Source: Phycisphaeraceae bacterium
GTDB lineage: Bacteria > Planctomycetota > Phycisphaerae > Phycisphaerales > Phycisphaeraceae
Length of the DNA: 64,000 nt
Assembly: GCA_029260635.1 (NCBI GenBank)
Contig: JAJDCW010000038.1
Coordinates: forward strand, 745 to 64,744
Direction of reading: 5' to 3'
Part shown: positions 10,072 through 19,212 of the stretch, in pieces
Numbering within the stretch: position 1 is the stretch's first letter
How the letters are laid out: each line of letters opens with the position of its first letter
The notes under the pieces: model-generated
The model's database searches: none
Seen by the model: only the letters and a program-made list of their open reading frames with translations
What the model was told of the DNA's origin: nothing
Made by a program: the position numbers and the translations under genes

Positions 10072-11234
10072 TGTCGGCCGATCGTACGCGGGTGATGTAT
10101 ATGATCGATGCTCTGGGCCATGGTGGCGCGGAGCGCAATCTGTTCGGGTTTCTCAAGCATCTGGATACTCAGCGTTATGAGCCGAGGGTGTGTGCGCTGT
10201 CGGTGAAACAAGGCAACGTGGTCGCGGAGGATATCCGGGCGCTGGGGGTTGAGGTGGACCTGCTAGAGGTGGGCCGGTTGCTGGACCCAAGAGGAGGCAA
10301 GCGGTTGCGGGGCTACCTGAATGAACATCGGCCAGCGGTCCTGCACTCGCACCTGGATTACGCCGCCATGCTTGGCGGCCGGTCGTGCCGGGCGCTGGGT
10401 ATCCCGCACGTGACCACGCTGCACACGATGGATGGCTTTGCATGTCATACACGGGCGTACTGGCGGCAGCGCTTGCTGTACCGCTCGCTACAACAGTCAT
10501 GCAGCCGGGTGATTGCGGTCTCGGAGTCTGTCCGTACTCATCATCTGCAACGGTCGGGCTTGGATGCGGGGAAAGTCATAACCATCCATAACGGTATTGA
10601 ATTACAACGCTTCGGCCCTGTAACACGGGAGCGGCGCGATGCCGTGCGTGCGTCGTTTGGCGTCCCACCCGATGCCCCGCTGATCGTAACGGTCGCGGTG
10701 TTGCGTCCCGCCAAGGGTATTCAGCACCTAATTGACGCGGTGCCAGCGATTTGTAATACGCAACACGAGACCCGCGTGCTTATCATCGGTACCGGTTCAC
10801 ATGAGTCGTCTTTGAAAGATCAGGCGGCGGCGCTGGGCGTGGCCGAGCGTGTGATCTTCGCGGGACACCGCGAAGACGTGCCCGCCTTGCTCGGGGCGGG
10901 CGACATCTTCGTCTTGCCAACCCTGCGAGACGCGTTGCCGACGGTTGTGATCGAGGCGATGGCGGCGGGCACGCCCGTGGTGGCAAGCGGTGTCGATGGT
11001 TTGATGGAGATGATTGATCACGGGGCAACAGGCCTGTTGGTGCCACCCGCCGATGCGTCTGAACTGGCCAGCGCGTGCTTGAAGCTGTTGAATCAATCGG
11101 CGTTGTCTGCTTCAATTACACGGGCCGCGGGCATTGCGGTGGAGCAGCGGTTCGGGATCGGCGTGCATGTAAAACGTGTGACTGAGCTTTATGAGGAAGT
11201 TATCACAAAGGCCGCGGGGGCAAATAGCCCATGA
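10071..11234 (+). CDS. glycosyltransferase family 4
   Basis: Motif LPTVVIEAMAAGTPVVASGVDGLMEMIDHGATGLLVPP. The ATG shares one base with the upstream TGA. Confidence 0.85.
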   Translation: MSADRTRVMYMIDALGHGGAERNLFGFLKHLDTQRYEPRVCALSVKQGNVVAEDIRALGVEVDLLEVGRLLDPRGGKRLRGYLNEHRPAVLHSHLDYAAMLGGRSCRALGIPHVTTLHTMDGFACHTRAYWRQRLLYRSLQQSCSRVIAVSESVRTHHLQRSGLDAGKVITIHNGIELQRFGPVTRERRDAVRASFGVPPDAPLIVTVAVLRPAKGIQHLIDAVPAICNTQHETRVLIIGTGSHESSLKDQAAALGVAERVIFAGHREDVPALLGAGDIFVLPTLRDALPTVVIEAMAAGTPVVASGVDGLMEMIDHGATGLLVPPADASELASACLKLLNQSALSASITRAAGIAVEQRFGIGVHVKRVTELYEEVITKAAGANSP

Positions 11235-12469
11235 AAATCTTTGTTGTCGAACCAGTCGCGCAGGGCGGGCGGATACATTACGCGTATCAGCTCTGTAAGG
11301 CGCTCGCCGAACACGGCGCGGAGGTGGTGCTTGTCACGGCTGATGAGTACGAATTGGACGGGTTGCCACACAACTTCCGAGTCGATAAGTGTCTTAGGCT
11401 GTGGAACGCGTTCGATCCCAAATCGATGCGGCCACCGAACGGAAAGACCGCAAAGGCCTGGCGAAGAATCACCCGGTCTGTCAGGCGGCTGACCCGCGCG
11501 TTCCGCATGATGCGTCAGTACAGGGTCTTGAATCGCTACCTAATCGATCAGAAGCCCGACGTGGTTCAGTTCGGCATCATCCACTACCCCATCACGGCCC
11601 GTTTCCTGGCCAGGCTCCGTCGCCGGGGCATGATCCTGTCGCAGGTCATGCACGAGTACGAGCTGCGTGAACGGGCGGGGTCGCGGATCGCTTCACTGAT
11701 AACCCAATTGCAGGGGAAGACATACCATCACCTCGACATCATCTTCTTCCACGGCGAAGACCCGCGCCAGAGATTTCTTTCTATGTTCCCCTACCCCAAA
11801 GATCAAACACATCTGATTGAGCACGGCAACGTAGCGCTGTTCCTCCCCACATCAAAAACAGGCCAAGCGGTATTCGATGTGGATCGTTATTACCAACTCG
11901 AAGCGAACGATCCTGTCATATTATTCTTTGGCATCCTGCAGCCCAGCAAGGGCCTGCCCGATCTGATCGAGGCGTTTGCGGAAGTCAGTCAGCAATCTCC
12001 GCGTGCAAAGCTCCTCATCGTCGGCTACCCCTCGAAGCACATCAATATCAGTAGCATCCAACGGGCTATCTCCGGGTCTGGCGCCGCGGATCGGATTATC
12101 CTGGACACGCGTTACGTGCCGATTGAACAGGTGGGCGATCTGGTCAGGCGGGCCTGTGTCGTGGTCTTCCCGTATCTAAGCGGGACACAGAGCGGGGCTT
12201 TGCAGGTGGCCTACGCGTTTGGCCGACCCGTGGTGGCGACGACGGTGGGTACGATGCCACAGGATGTGGAGGATGGACGCAGCGGCCTGCTCGTGCCGCC
12301 GGGCAACCCGGCACGTCTGGCCGAAGCGATCCATGAGATTGTGTCGGACCCACAACGGGCCGAACAGATGGGCGCTCACGCCGAGCACCTGTCGGATACA
12401 CGCTTCGCCTGGGGGCCGATCGGGGCTGGTATTTTAGATGTTTACCAAAAGAGGGTCCGTGAGAAGTAA
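11231..12469 (+). CDS. glycosyltransferase family 4
   Basis: Motif GALQVAYAFGRPVVATTVGTMPQDVEDGRSGLLVPPGN. ATGA overlap with the upstream stop. Confidence 0.8.
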   Translation: MKIFVVEPVAQGGRIHYAYQLCKALAEHGAEVVLVTADEYELDGLPHNFRVDKCLRLWNAFDPKSMRPPNGKTAKAWRRITRSVRRLTRAFRMMRQYRVLNRYLIDQKPDVVQFGIIHYPITARFLARLRRRGMILSQVMHEYELRERAGSRIASLITQLQGKTYHHLDIIFFHGEDPRQRFLSMFPYPKDQTHLIEHGNVALFLPTSKTGQAVFDVDRYYQLEANDPVILFFGILQPSKGLPDLIEAFAEVSQQSPRAKLLIVGYPSKHINISSIQRAISGSGAADRIILDTRYVPIEQVGDLVRRACVVVFPYLSGTQSGALQVAYAFGRPVVATTVGTMPQDVEDGRSGLLVPPGNPARLAEAIHEIVSDPQRAEQMGAHAEHLSDTRFAWGPIGAGILDVYQKRVREK

Positions 12470-12597
12470 TCCCTATTATCGCGGGCGCGAGACTAATAGA
12501 CAATCCATCAGTTCTTGGGTATGTAATCGAACTTCTGCTCACCGATGGAGGCTTCGTACATCAAGCCCTTGCCGCTCAGGGTGAAGACGGCGACGCC

Positions 12598-13026
12598 GTG
12601 TTCGTAATCAGCATTGATCTATGCGTCGGCTGCGGCGGCCACCGCGGATGCCTGGGCGGCGACGACGTGGCCCGTGTACTGGATCGGGTCGCGCTGCAGC
12701 GAGGTGCATTGCCGGAGAAGATCCGGGTTGACAACGGGACCGAGTTTACGAGCAAGCGGTTGGATCAGTGGGCGTATCTGCGTAAGGTGCGTCTGAACTT
12801 CAGCCGTCCCGGAAAGCCTTCGTATAACGGCATAATCGAGGCGTTCAACGGCCGAGTGCGAGCCGAGTGCTTGAATGAGAACTGGTTCTTGAGCCTGGAG
12901 GACGCGAAGGAGAAAGTTGAATCCTGGCGTTGTCATTATAATATGGATCGTACCCACAGCGCCTTGGGCAACCTTGCCCCCGAAGAGTTCGCTGCTTCAT
13001 CCGGCCAGGCTAGCCTGGCCGGATGA
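12598..13026 (+). mobile_element. truncated IS3-family transposase OrfB (C-terminal part of the rve integrase core only)
   Basis: Sequence VARVLDRVALQRGALPEKIRVDNGTEFTSKRLDQWAY...FSRPGKPSYNGIIEAFNGRVRAECLN...RTHSALGNLAPEEF. There is no N-terminal catalytic half and no OrfA directly upstream. Confidence 0.75.
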
Positions 13027-13046
13027 AGCCCCAAAGCTCAACCTCG

Positions 13047-13075
13047 GCTTGGTACAGCTTCGGGAGGTAAGCGCA
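13047..13075. repeat. candidate right terminal inverted repeat of the IS3-family element
   Basis: The reverse complement TGCGCTTACCTCCCGAAGCTGTACCAAGCC aligns by eye with 222-250. It lies 20 nt after the OrfB stop. Confidence 0.3.
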
Positions 13076-13097
13076 GGTCCCTGACCCGTCACATACC

Positions 13098-13349
13098 GCT
13101 TATTCTCGTGACCAATCAGAAAAGATCTACGTCCAGAACCGTCTCATTGAACACGGCCACGAAATATGTAATTGGCTGCAACGCGGTGCCTGTTTCTATG
13201 TCTGCGGCGACGCCAAGCGGATGGCACGTGATGTTGATGACGCGATGCACAAGATCGTGTGTGACCACGCAAACATGAATGAAGCCGCTGCGAAGAAATT
13301 CCTAAGCGACCTAACGTCGCAGGGCCGGTATCAACGCGATGTCTATTGA
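13098..13349 (+). pseudogene. C-terminal remnant of a sulfite reductase flavoprotein / NADPH-cytochrome-P450-reductase-like gene (cysJ-like)
   Basis: Own translation: YSRDQSEKIYVQNRLIEHGHEICNWLQRGACFYVCGDAKRMARDVDDAMHKIV...LTSQGRYQRDVY-stop. This is the conserved FNR-type C-terminus. There is an in-frame stop at 13068-13070 and no N-terminal part. Confidence 0.65.
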
Positions 13350-13415
13350 TCGGAATACTTAATTAGGTAATCGTCTCCGTAGGCTCCACCAAGGCTCATC
13401 CTCTGAAGCCCGGTA

Positions 13416-14399
13416 TTACTTCTTGTGTGCCACTAACATGCCGACGGTGTGGGGTGGTACTTGCAGGTTGGTAAGCGACGTCTGTATAAACCCTTCGGCC
13501 TTCAACAAGGCTACCAGCGCCTCGGGAGTATACACATGCCCCTGTTCTGTCCTGAGTGCTAAGCCAAGGGCATAAAGCGTGCGGTTGATATCGCCTTGTG
13601 GATCGCCCGGGAAGATATCAAGTATGACGATCCTGCCTTTGTTCTTGAGCGCGGCGTAAACCTTCTTAAATAGTGATTGGTTGCTGGCGGGTGTTTCCAG
13701 GTGGGTGACATTGCCCATGATGGTCAGGTCATAGGTATCCGCGCCGAGATCAACCTCGTGGTAGTTGCCCGGGGAGGTGCTTAGTTGGTTTTCGATCCCC
13801 AATTGCTGTGCTGTATTCACCGCAATCGGGAGGACCGCCGGCCAATCAACGGCGGTCACGGTGCTAGTGTCATCATGGCTTGCAAGTGTAAGGCTCCAGA
13901 TCGCAGAACCCGCCCCGATATCGAGGATGTTCAGGTTATTGTTGTTTCCATCGGACCGTAGATGTATGGCCGCGGCTCCAGCCGCCGGGGCCAGCATCCA
14001 GCCTAAAGCGGCGGCCTGTTTCTGGTAATGCGTTTCACTCTGGGTCACCGAATCCATGGCTGTGATCGGCTTCCCCGTTTTGAGGTAACTAGGGAGGTGT
14101 CCCCAGTAGGGGTCACCTATCTCGCGGTATCCGCCACTAATAAGCATGGCAGCCAACGGAGTCAGTGTGAAAACCCGGTCACGATGTTGCACAAGCCCGA
14201 GGGTGCCGAGTACTTCCAGCAGCAGGTTTGTGGGCTCTTCCAGCGTCCCGCATGATGCCGCGATGTCTGACGCAGATTTAGGCTGTTTTGCTATCGCATC
14301 GAGTACGCCGTGCCGGATCGCCTCACGGTATACATGCGATGCGCCATTCATATTCATGAGCCGGAAGTAGTCAGCTCGGGTCTTTGTCTGGTCATTCAT
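13416..14399 (-). CDS. class I SAM-dependent O-methyltransferase (small-molecule OMT type with N-terminal dimerisation/wHTH domain)
   Basis: SAM motif ILDIGAGSAIWS. The overall 327-aa layout is typical of the COMT/CrtF-like family. Confidence 0.7.
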   Translation of the reverse strand: MNDQTKTRADYFRLMNMNGASHVYREAIRHGVLDAIAKQPKSASDIAASCGTLEEPTNLLLEVLGTLGLVQHRDRVFTLTPLAAMLISGGYREIGDPYWGHLPSYLKTGKPITAMDSVTQSETHYQKQAAALGWMLAPAAGAAAIHLRSDGNNNNLNILDIGAGSAIWSLTLASHDDTSTVTAVDWPAVLPIAVNTAQQLGIENQLSTSPGNYHEVDLGADTYDLTIMGNVTHLETPASNQSLFKKVYAALKNKGRIVILDIFPGDPQGDINRTLYALGLALRTEQGHVYTPEALVALLKAEGFIQTSLTNLQVPPHTVGMLVAHKK

Positions 14400-16186
14400 G
14401 ATTGGTTGCCAATTGTGGCGACGGATACGGTGAATATCCCGTCCTCGTCGATCTCCATGGTGGTTTTCATGAACCGGGCTTCACGGACCAGTTCATCGAG
14501 TTCCTCCTGTGTCCGGCGTCGCATGATCCAAGGATTACCCTCCCGATTGGGCAATACCCTGGCGATCATCTCGACCTCCGGGTGCCAGGGCTGGCCGTCG
14601 TATATGAAAACGCCCCCGTCCTTCAGTGCCTTGGCGATGCCACGAAGTGACCGCTGAATCCGTTCGTTATCCGGGTATAGCTCATACAGCCCGCATGCGA
14701 TCACGATACTGGGGGCGGGGCTCATGGCTGCCAGAGATTCTTCGTCGAATGCATCGCCGTGTTCGAACGTGACATTGGCAAGCCCTTTTTCCTTTACGAG
14801 CTTCCGTCCGGCTTCGAGATTGGGCTCCTGATAGTCTCGTAGGACCGCGGTGATATCGGGGTCTGCCAGTTTGGTAAGTGTGTCGAGGACATAACGCCCC
14901 TGGCCGGCAGCTATGTCTACGATATGAACAGGCCTCCCCGATTCCCTCTGCTGCTTGATTACATCGTAGAGCAGCCCTTCGATATTGATTTTCCGTTGGC
15001 GGACCGCGCGCCAGCCGACGTTGTTCAGATACATCCGGTCGAACACTTTGCCGATCAGCAGATCGCCCCGGGCCTTGTTCTGGTAGATGTAGTCGAGTGT
15101 GCGTCCGGAATCGAACCCGGAATGCCAGCCCAGCCGGATGCCACGGCCAAGGCGCCCCAGCGTATTCATGGCAAGCCGCTGACCGCTATACCGGCACCAT
15201 TTTGGTGACAACTTTGTAAGGGGTTGAGAAAGCCTGTCGTACTCGTCTTTCGTAAAGCCTTGCTTGTCCGCATCCAGCAAGGGGGTGCGGGTCTGGTTGT
15301 TGTCAAAAGACGTGTTAATGAACTCCCGGATCTCATCTAGTACCAGCACACGGTCTTTCTCGTGGAGGATGTCGTGGTACATCCCGTCAAACACGCGCAT
15401 CTTCTTGACAGACGAGCCAAGGCCGTCGAAGAACGCTTGTTGTGCGCCGACCTTGACAACCCAATCCGAACCACCCGCGAGCAGGAGCGTGGGGACACGG
15501 ATAGCGCCGGCGTCAGCTATCAAGCGGGTTGCTGTGTCGTTCAGGTCAAGGAGTATGTTGACGGCGATCGCCTTGGCGATCAGGGGGTCATTATCGTATC
15601 GTGACGCCTGAACGGGATCGTGCGTCAGCATCTTCGCCTTGACGTAACTCTTGATAAACGACTTGCGTTTGCCTTTGATCTTCTGAAGAAGTCTTAGACC
15701 GGGAATTGCAAGTGGGATATAGAGCTTGACGCGCAGGGCCGGAGTGAGCAAGACCAATGACCTGATCTGAGGGGCGTAGTCATGTACCCAGGCGGCAACC
15801 GTTACGGCGCCGACGCTGTGGGCCACCACCACGGTGTCTTGTATTGCTATGCCGTGTTCCGCCAGGACGTGATTTACAAAGCAATCGATATCTTTAATGA
15901 CACAGCCAAGGCTCGGCGCATATCCCCGTTCGCCCGGCGATCGGCCGTGTCCGCGTGCGTCCCATGCGAATATGGCCGTGTCTTGCAGACCGAGTTCTTC
16001 CACCACATCGCTGAAACGGCCGGAATGTTCGTGTCCGCGGTGAAATAGGAACACGGCTTTGCGGGCGGGCTGGTCGGGCAGCCATGCACGGTAAAACAGC
16101 TCGGTCCCGTCCCACGTGGCAAAGGTGTGTTCGGTCGAGCTGAAGGTGTCGGCCGATTGTGATAATGATTTGTCCAGCAGCGTCAT
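14396..16186 (-). CDS. bifunctional alpha/beta hydrolase (lysophospholipase/monoglyceride-lipase-like) :: class I SAM-dependent methyltransferase fusion
   Basis: The N-terminal half has HRGHEHSGR and the nucleophile elbow AHSVGA, with acid/His regions. The C-terminal half has the SAM motif VDIAAGQGRY...VIACGLYE. The stop overlaps the OMT start by 4 nt. Confidence 0.8.
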   Translation of the reverse strand: MTLLDKSLSQSADTFSSTEHTFATWDGTELFYRAWLPDQPARKAVFLFHRGHEHSGRFSDVVEELGLQDTAIFAWDARGHGRSPGERGYAPSLGCVIKDIDCFVNHVLAEHGIAIQDTVVVAHSVGAVTVAAWVHDYAPQIRSLVLLTPALRVKLYIPLAIPGLRLLQKIKGKRKSFIKSYVKAKMLTHDPVQASRYDNDPLIAKAIAVNILLDLNDTATRLIADAGAIRVPTLLLAGGSDWVVKVGAQQAFFDGLGSSVKKMRVFDGMYHDILHEKDRVLVLDEIREFINTSFDNNQTRTPLLDADKQGFTKDEYDRLSQPLTKLSPKWCRYSGQRLAMNTLGRLGRGIRLGWHSGFDSGRTLDYIYQNKARGDLLIGKVFDRMYLNNVGWRAVRQRKINIEGLLYDVIKQQRESGRPVHIVDIAAGQGRYVLDTLTKLADPDITAVLRDYQEPNLEAGRKLVKEKGLANVTFEHGDAFDEESLAAMSPAPSIVIACGLYELYPDNERIQRSLRGIAKALKDGGVFIYDGQPWHPEVEMIARVLPNREGNPWIMRRRTQEELDELVREARFMKTTMEIDEDGIFTVSVATIGNQS

Positions 16187-16944
16187 ACATGATCCTCCGG
16201 AGCGGCTATAGATGTGGCTTGAGTTGAATCGACTGATGCGAGAGCCGAAACGCTATTCTGTAGGTCATTACATATATCAACGACCGCGGATTTTCCTCGT
16301 TTCAGGTGCGAGTAGTGGCGCGGCTTGCCGATCATTATGCGGACACGCTTGGGGCTGGGGATGAACCGGCCCTTTGGCAGCGCCTCAAACGCGCCTTCGA
16401 TCCGGCATGGTATGACGGGGACATCATTGCCCGCCAGCAGGTAGCCGATGCCCGGTTTGAAATCGCTCATTTCTCCGGTGGGCGAACGCGTGCCTTCTGG
16501 GAAGATCAACAATATCGTGTTTGGCCTGTCGAGTAGTCGTGTACACAGGCTCAGGCTCTGCCGGATGTTCGTGTGGCGATCGAAGGGCAATGCGTTGACC
16601 ATTACCGCCGAGAAGGCTACCCGGGGGACGCTGACAAAGAAAAAATCCTTGGCCGCGGCCGGGAAAACTCTGTGTAGTGATTGAATAGGTAGCCCCGAAA
16701 GGATGCTGATCGTATCCAGGTGGCTGGTGTGGTTGGCGATCAGGACGTATGAACCATTATTGGGAAGGTTCTCACGGCCGGTTATCGTTAAGCGGTGATA
16801 GACGCGCATCCAAACACGGATCAATCCAGCCGCGATGAGTCGGAGGCTGTATACAAAAAGGTCTGGCTCACGGGGGACCCGCTGTAATCGTTCAATAACT
16901 GATTGATCGATATCTTCGGCTGTCTCGTATTTCCAGTCTTGCAT
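16183..16944 (-). CDS. lysophospholipid (1-acyl-sn-glycerol-3-phosphate) acyltransferase family protein
   Basis: HX4D motif NHTSHLD and motif FPEGTRS. The ATG at 16944 is preferred over the GTG at 16992. The stop overlaps the downstream start by 4 nt. Confidence 0.8.
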   Translation of the reverse strand: MQDWKYETAEDIDQSVIERLQRVPREPDLFVYSLRLIAAGLIRVWMRVYHRLTITGRENLPNNGSYVLIANHTSHLDTISILSGLPIQSLHRVFPAAAKDFFFVSVPRVAFSAVMVNALPFDRHTNIRQSLSLCTRLLDRPNTILLIFPEGTRSPTGEMSDFKPGIGYLLAGNDVPVIPCRIEGAFEALPKGRFIPSPKRVRIMIGKPRHYSHLKRGKSAVVDICNDLQNSVSALASVDSTQATSIAAPEDHV

Positions 16945-17075
16945 CGAGGCAGACCTTTGCGTATAGCCAACGACCCGACGGCGTGCAATCACAGGGGCCT
17001 ACGCCCCGGCTCCGCTAGATTATACAAGTTCCAGTTCACATCCGGTACGCATCAAAGGCTCCGGTAGTTCTGGAA

Positions 17076-18023
17076 TCAGTAAATGCCGTGGTAGTAGTTG
17101 CTCAGATGGAAAAACAGGGGCGCGACATAGATCAGGCTATCGATCCGATCCAGGACCCCGCCGTGACCCCGGATGGTCTGGCCCATGTCCTTGATGCCGA
17201 TATCGCGTTTGATCACGCTGAGGGACAGGTCCCCCAGTTGCCCGCCGACACCGACGACGAGGCCTATCAATAGGAGTTCAAGGGTGCCGAAGTGTGGGAA
17301 AGAAAAGTGTAGCACCCAAGGCAATACCATCGATACGGCTACCGCGCCTATGGCTCCCTCCCATGTCTTGTTCGGGCTGATGCTGCTACGGAGCGGGTGT
17401 CGGCCGAAGCACTTACCAAATACATACGCGGACACATCATTTATCTGGACGGCGAAGAGAAGATAGAGGAGGTACCCGTAGGCCCAGGAAGAGTTGGCTA
17501 GATACGTCGCGTGCCCGAACATCCAACCGATATACATGAAGCCGACGATCGCCAGGGCGATCACCTGGAGCTGACCAGCCGCACGGTTGCGCACGATGGG
17601 CACGGCTACGATCGCCGCGATGACGTAAACCGGCAGTGCCGCGTACAGGCCGTACCACCCGGGCACACCTAGAAAAGGATCGACCACAAAGGTTGTTACG
17701 CCACAGGCGATGAGCCCGAGGTAGACCACACAGGTCATCGTCCAGTCTCGATAAAGCCCGGTCGCACGGGCGTACTCCTTGAATCCGGCGAGTGCTACCA
17801 GGGTAAGCCCGAGGATCACAGCGATCCGGCCGAGGAAGACACCCCCCATGATTAAAGGGATCATGACAAGCCAGCCCCGGTATGATGCCCAAGCGTGCCC
17901 GACATCTTTCTTCAAGACCCACCGCAAAAAGGCGATTGATACGCCCGCGATCAGGAGCATCGTGGTGATCAGCACGAAATAAATCTTGAACACACCACTA
18001 TCCATCGCCGCGCTAGGAGACAT
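17076..18023 (-). CDS. cdsA: phosphatidate cytidylyltransferase (CDP-diacylglycerol synthase)
   Basis: CTP_transf_1 signature SVIKRDIGIKDMGQTIRGHGGVLDRIDSL. Polytopic membrane protein. Confidence 0.85.
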   Translation of the reverse strand: MSPSAAMDSGVFKIYFVLITTMLLIAGVSIAFLRWVLKKDVGHAWASYRGWLVMIPLIMGGVFLGRIAVILGLTLVALAGFKEYARATGLYRDWTMTCVVYLGLIACGVTTFVVDPFLGVPGWYGLYAALPVYVIAAIVAVPIVRNRAAGQLQVIALAIVGFMYIGWMFGHATYLANSSWAYGYLLYLLFAVQINDVSAYVFGKCFGRHPLRSSISPNKTWEGAIGAVAVSMVLPWVLHFSFPHFGTLELLLIGLVVGVGGQLGDLSLSVIKRDIGIKDMGQTIRGHGGVLDRIDSLIYVAPLFFHLSNYYHGIY

Positions 18024-18718
18024 TACACGCTCTCCGAAGGGCCGTCAGCACGGTCGTGGCCGGTATCATCTGTATCAAGAGCTCGCATAATGCGCACGAG
18101 CCTGACGACCATGGTCTGAATGCAGCCGGCGATAATCAATATTAGTGTCCAGTCCAGTACCGTGAGGCCACCGTACACGATCTGTTCATCCCCCCACCAC
18201 AGCAAGGCCAGTGTGGTCCAGGCTCCGATGTGTAGAGCCACCATCCGCCAGGGCTTAGACATCACCCCGCTGAACTCCCGCTGCACGCGTACCGCTTGCC
18301 CCAATATCCCGATGTAGGCGACCAGCAGGGCAAGGATCGTGACCCAGTAGGCGATCAACGGTTGGCAAAGGCCGCTGTGCGCCACGCCGACGAATATTAA
18401 AACATCGGAGATGCGGTCGGGCAGTTCGTTGATGACCTCACCGCGTCGGGAGGCTTTGCCTGATCCCAGGGCAACCATCCCATCGAGCATGTTCAACCAC
18501 AGGCGGAGGTAGCAGAACGCGACGGCGATAATTAATAGTGCGGGCGTGTCCTGGGATTGCCAGAAACAGACCCCCGCCGCCGCAGAGGACACGATGGAAA
18601 GATAAGACACCGTGTCGGGCGAGATGTTTCGTTTCACGCAGAACGCGACGGCACCGTTGGCCGTCTGCCGGAAGATGGCCGCGATGCTTCGTCGTGAGTC
18701 GGGTTGATAATCTGCCAT
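18023..18718 (-). CDS. CDP-alcohol phosphatidyltransferase family protein
   Basis: Signature D-G-x2-A-x8-G-x3-D-x3-D read as LDGMVALGSGKASRRGEVINELPDRISDV. The start was trimmed to MADYQPD (18718) to remove overlap with the upstream gene. TAATG overlap with cdsA. Confidence 0.8.
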   Translation of the reverse strand: MADYQPDSRRSIAAIFRQTANGAVAFCVKRNISPDTVSYLSIVSSAAAGVCFWQSQDTPALLIIAVAFCYLRLWLNMLDGMVALGSGKASRRGEVINELPDRISDVLIFVGVAHSGLCQPLIAYWVTILALLVAYIGILGQAVRVQREFSGVMSKPWRMVALHIGAWTTLALLWWGDEQIVYGGLTVLDWTLILIIAGCIQTMVVRLVRIMRALDTDDTGHDRADGPSESV

Positions 18719-18764
18719 GTGCTCGATCTCGATGTCGCGGACATAATATGGGGGGATGGTGATA

Positions 18765-19136
18765 CTACGACTCGATCCGCGCGTTCCCGATGCCCATGCA
18801 ATACATCCCGGCCAATAGCAAGACCATGCCAAAGATGTGGATAAGCCTAATAGGTTGAGCGTAGATAAGCCACCCAAGGACCGCCGCCCATATAAAGGTC
18901 GAGGCATAGATCGGATAAAGCACCGTAACGGTCCCGCCCTTCTTGAAGGCGTAGGTGAAGAAGAACATCACCACGATATAACAGATCATGCCGGCCAAGA
19001 CCCAGGGGGACCAGAGAAACGACAGGGCGCTCTCCCCCATGCGATCGGTCCCGATCTTGAATAAGTACTGTCCCCCTGCGCCAAGCAGCGCCGCGATCAA
19101 CACACAGACTATCGATACCAGCGGAGTATTTAGCAT
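18765..19136 (-). CDS. small 4-TM EamA/SMR-like (DMT superfamily) membrane protein
   Basis: A 124-aa protein with four hydrophobic helices, the same size class as ArnE/ArnF-like lipid-linked substrate flippase subunits. The start was trimmed to MLNTPLVSIV. Confidence 0.6.
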   Translation of the reverse strand: MLNTPLVSIVCVLIAALLGAGGQYLFKIGTDRMGESALSFLWSPWVLAGMICYIVVMFFFTYAFKKGGTVTVLYPIYASTFIWAAVLGWLIYAQPIRLIHIFGMVLLLAGMYCMGIGNARIES

Positions 19137-19212
19137 AGGGACATCCTTGGTACTGGGAGGCATCGGCCGCAGTGGTTTGTTCTTGTTTGAGGCACACCGT
19201 TTCGTCCTTCTC

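Noticed and set aside
18719-18907. Long N-terminal extensions offered by the ORF track. Examples are 18719-18907, 19137-19250, 19846-19950, 21790-21996, 4713-4784, 7373-7426, 8710-8874 and 60002-60136.
   Set aside because: The extensions overlap the neighbouring gene and are Arg/Gly/Pro-rich. Internal ATGs give clean ATGA/TGATG junctions or a proper signal peptide, so the shorter models were used.
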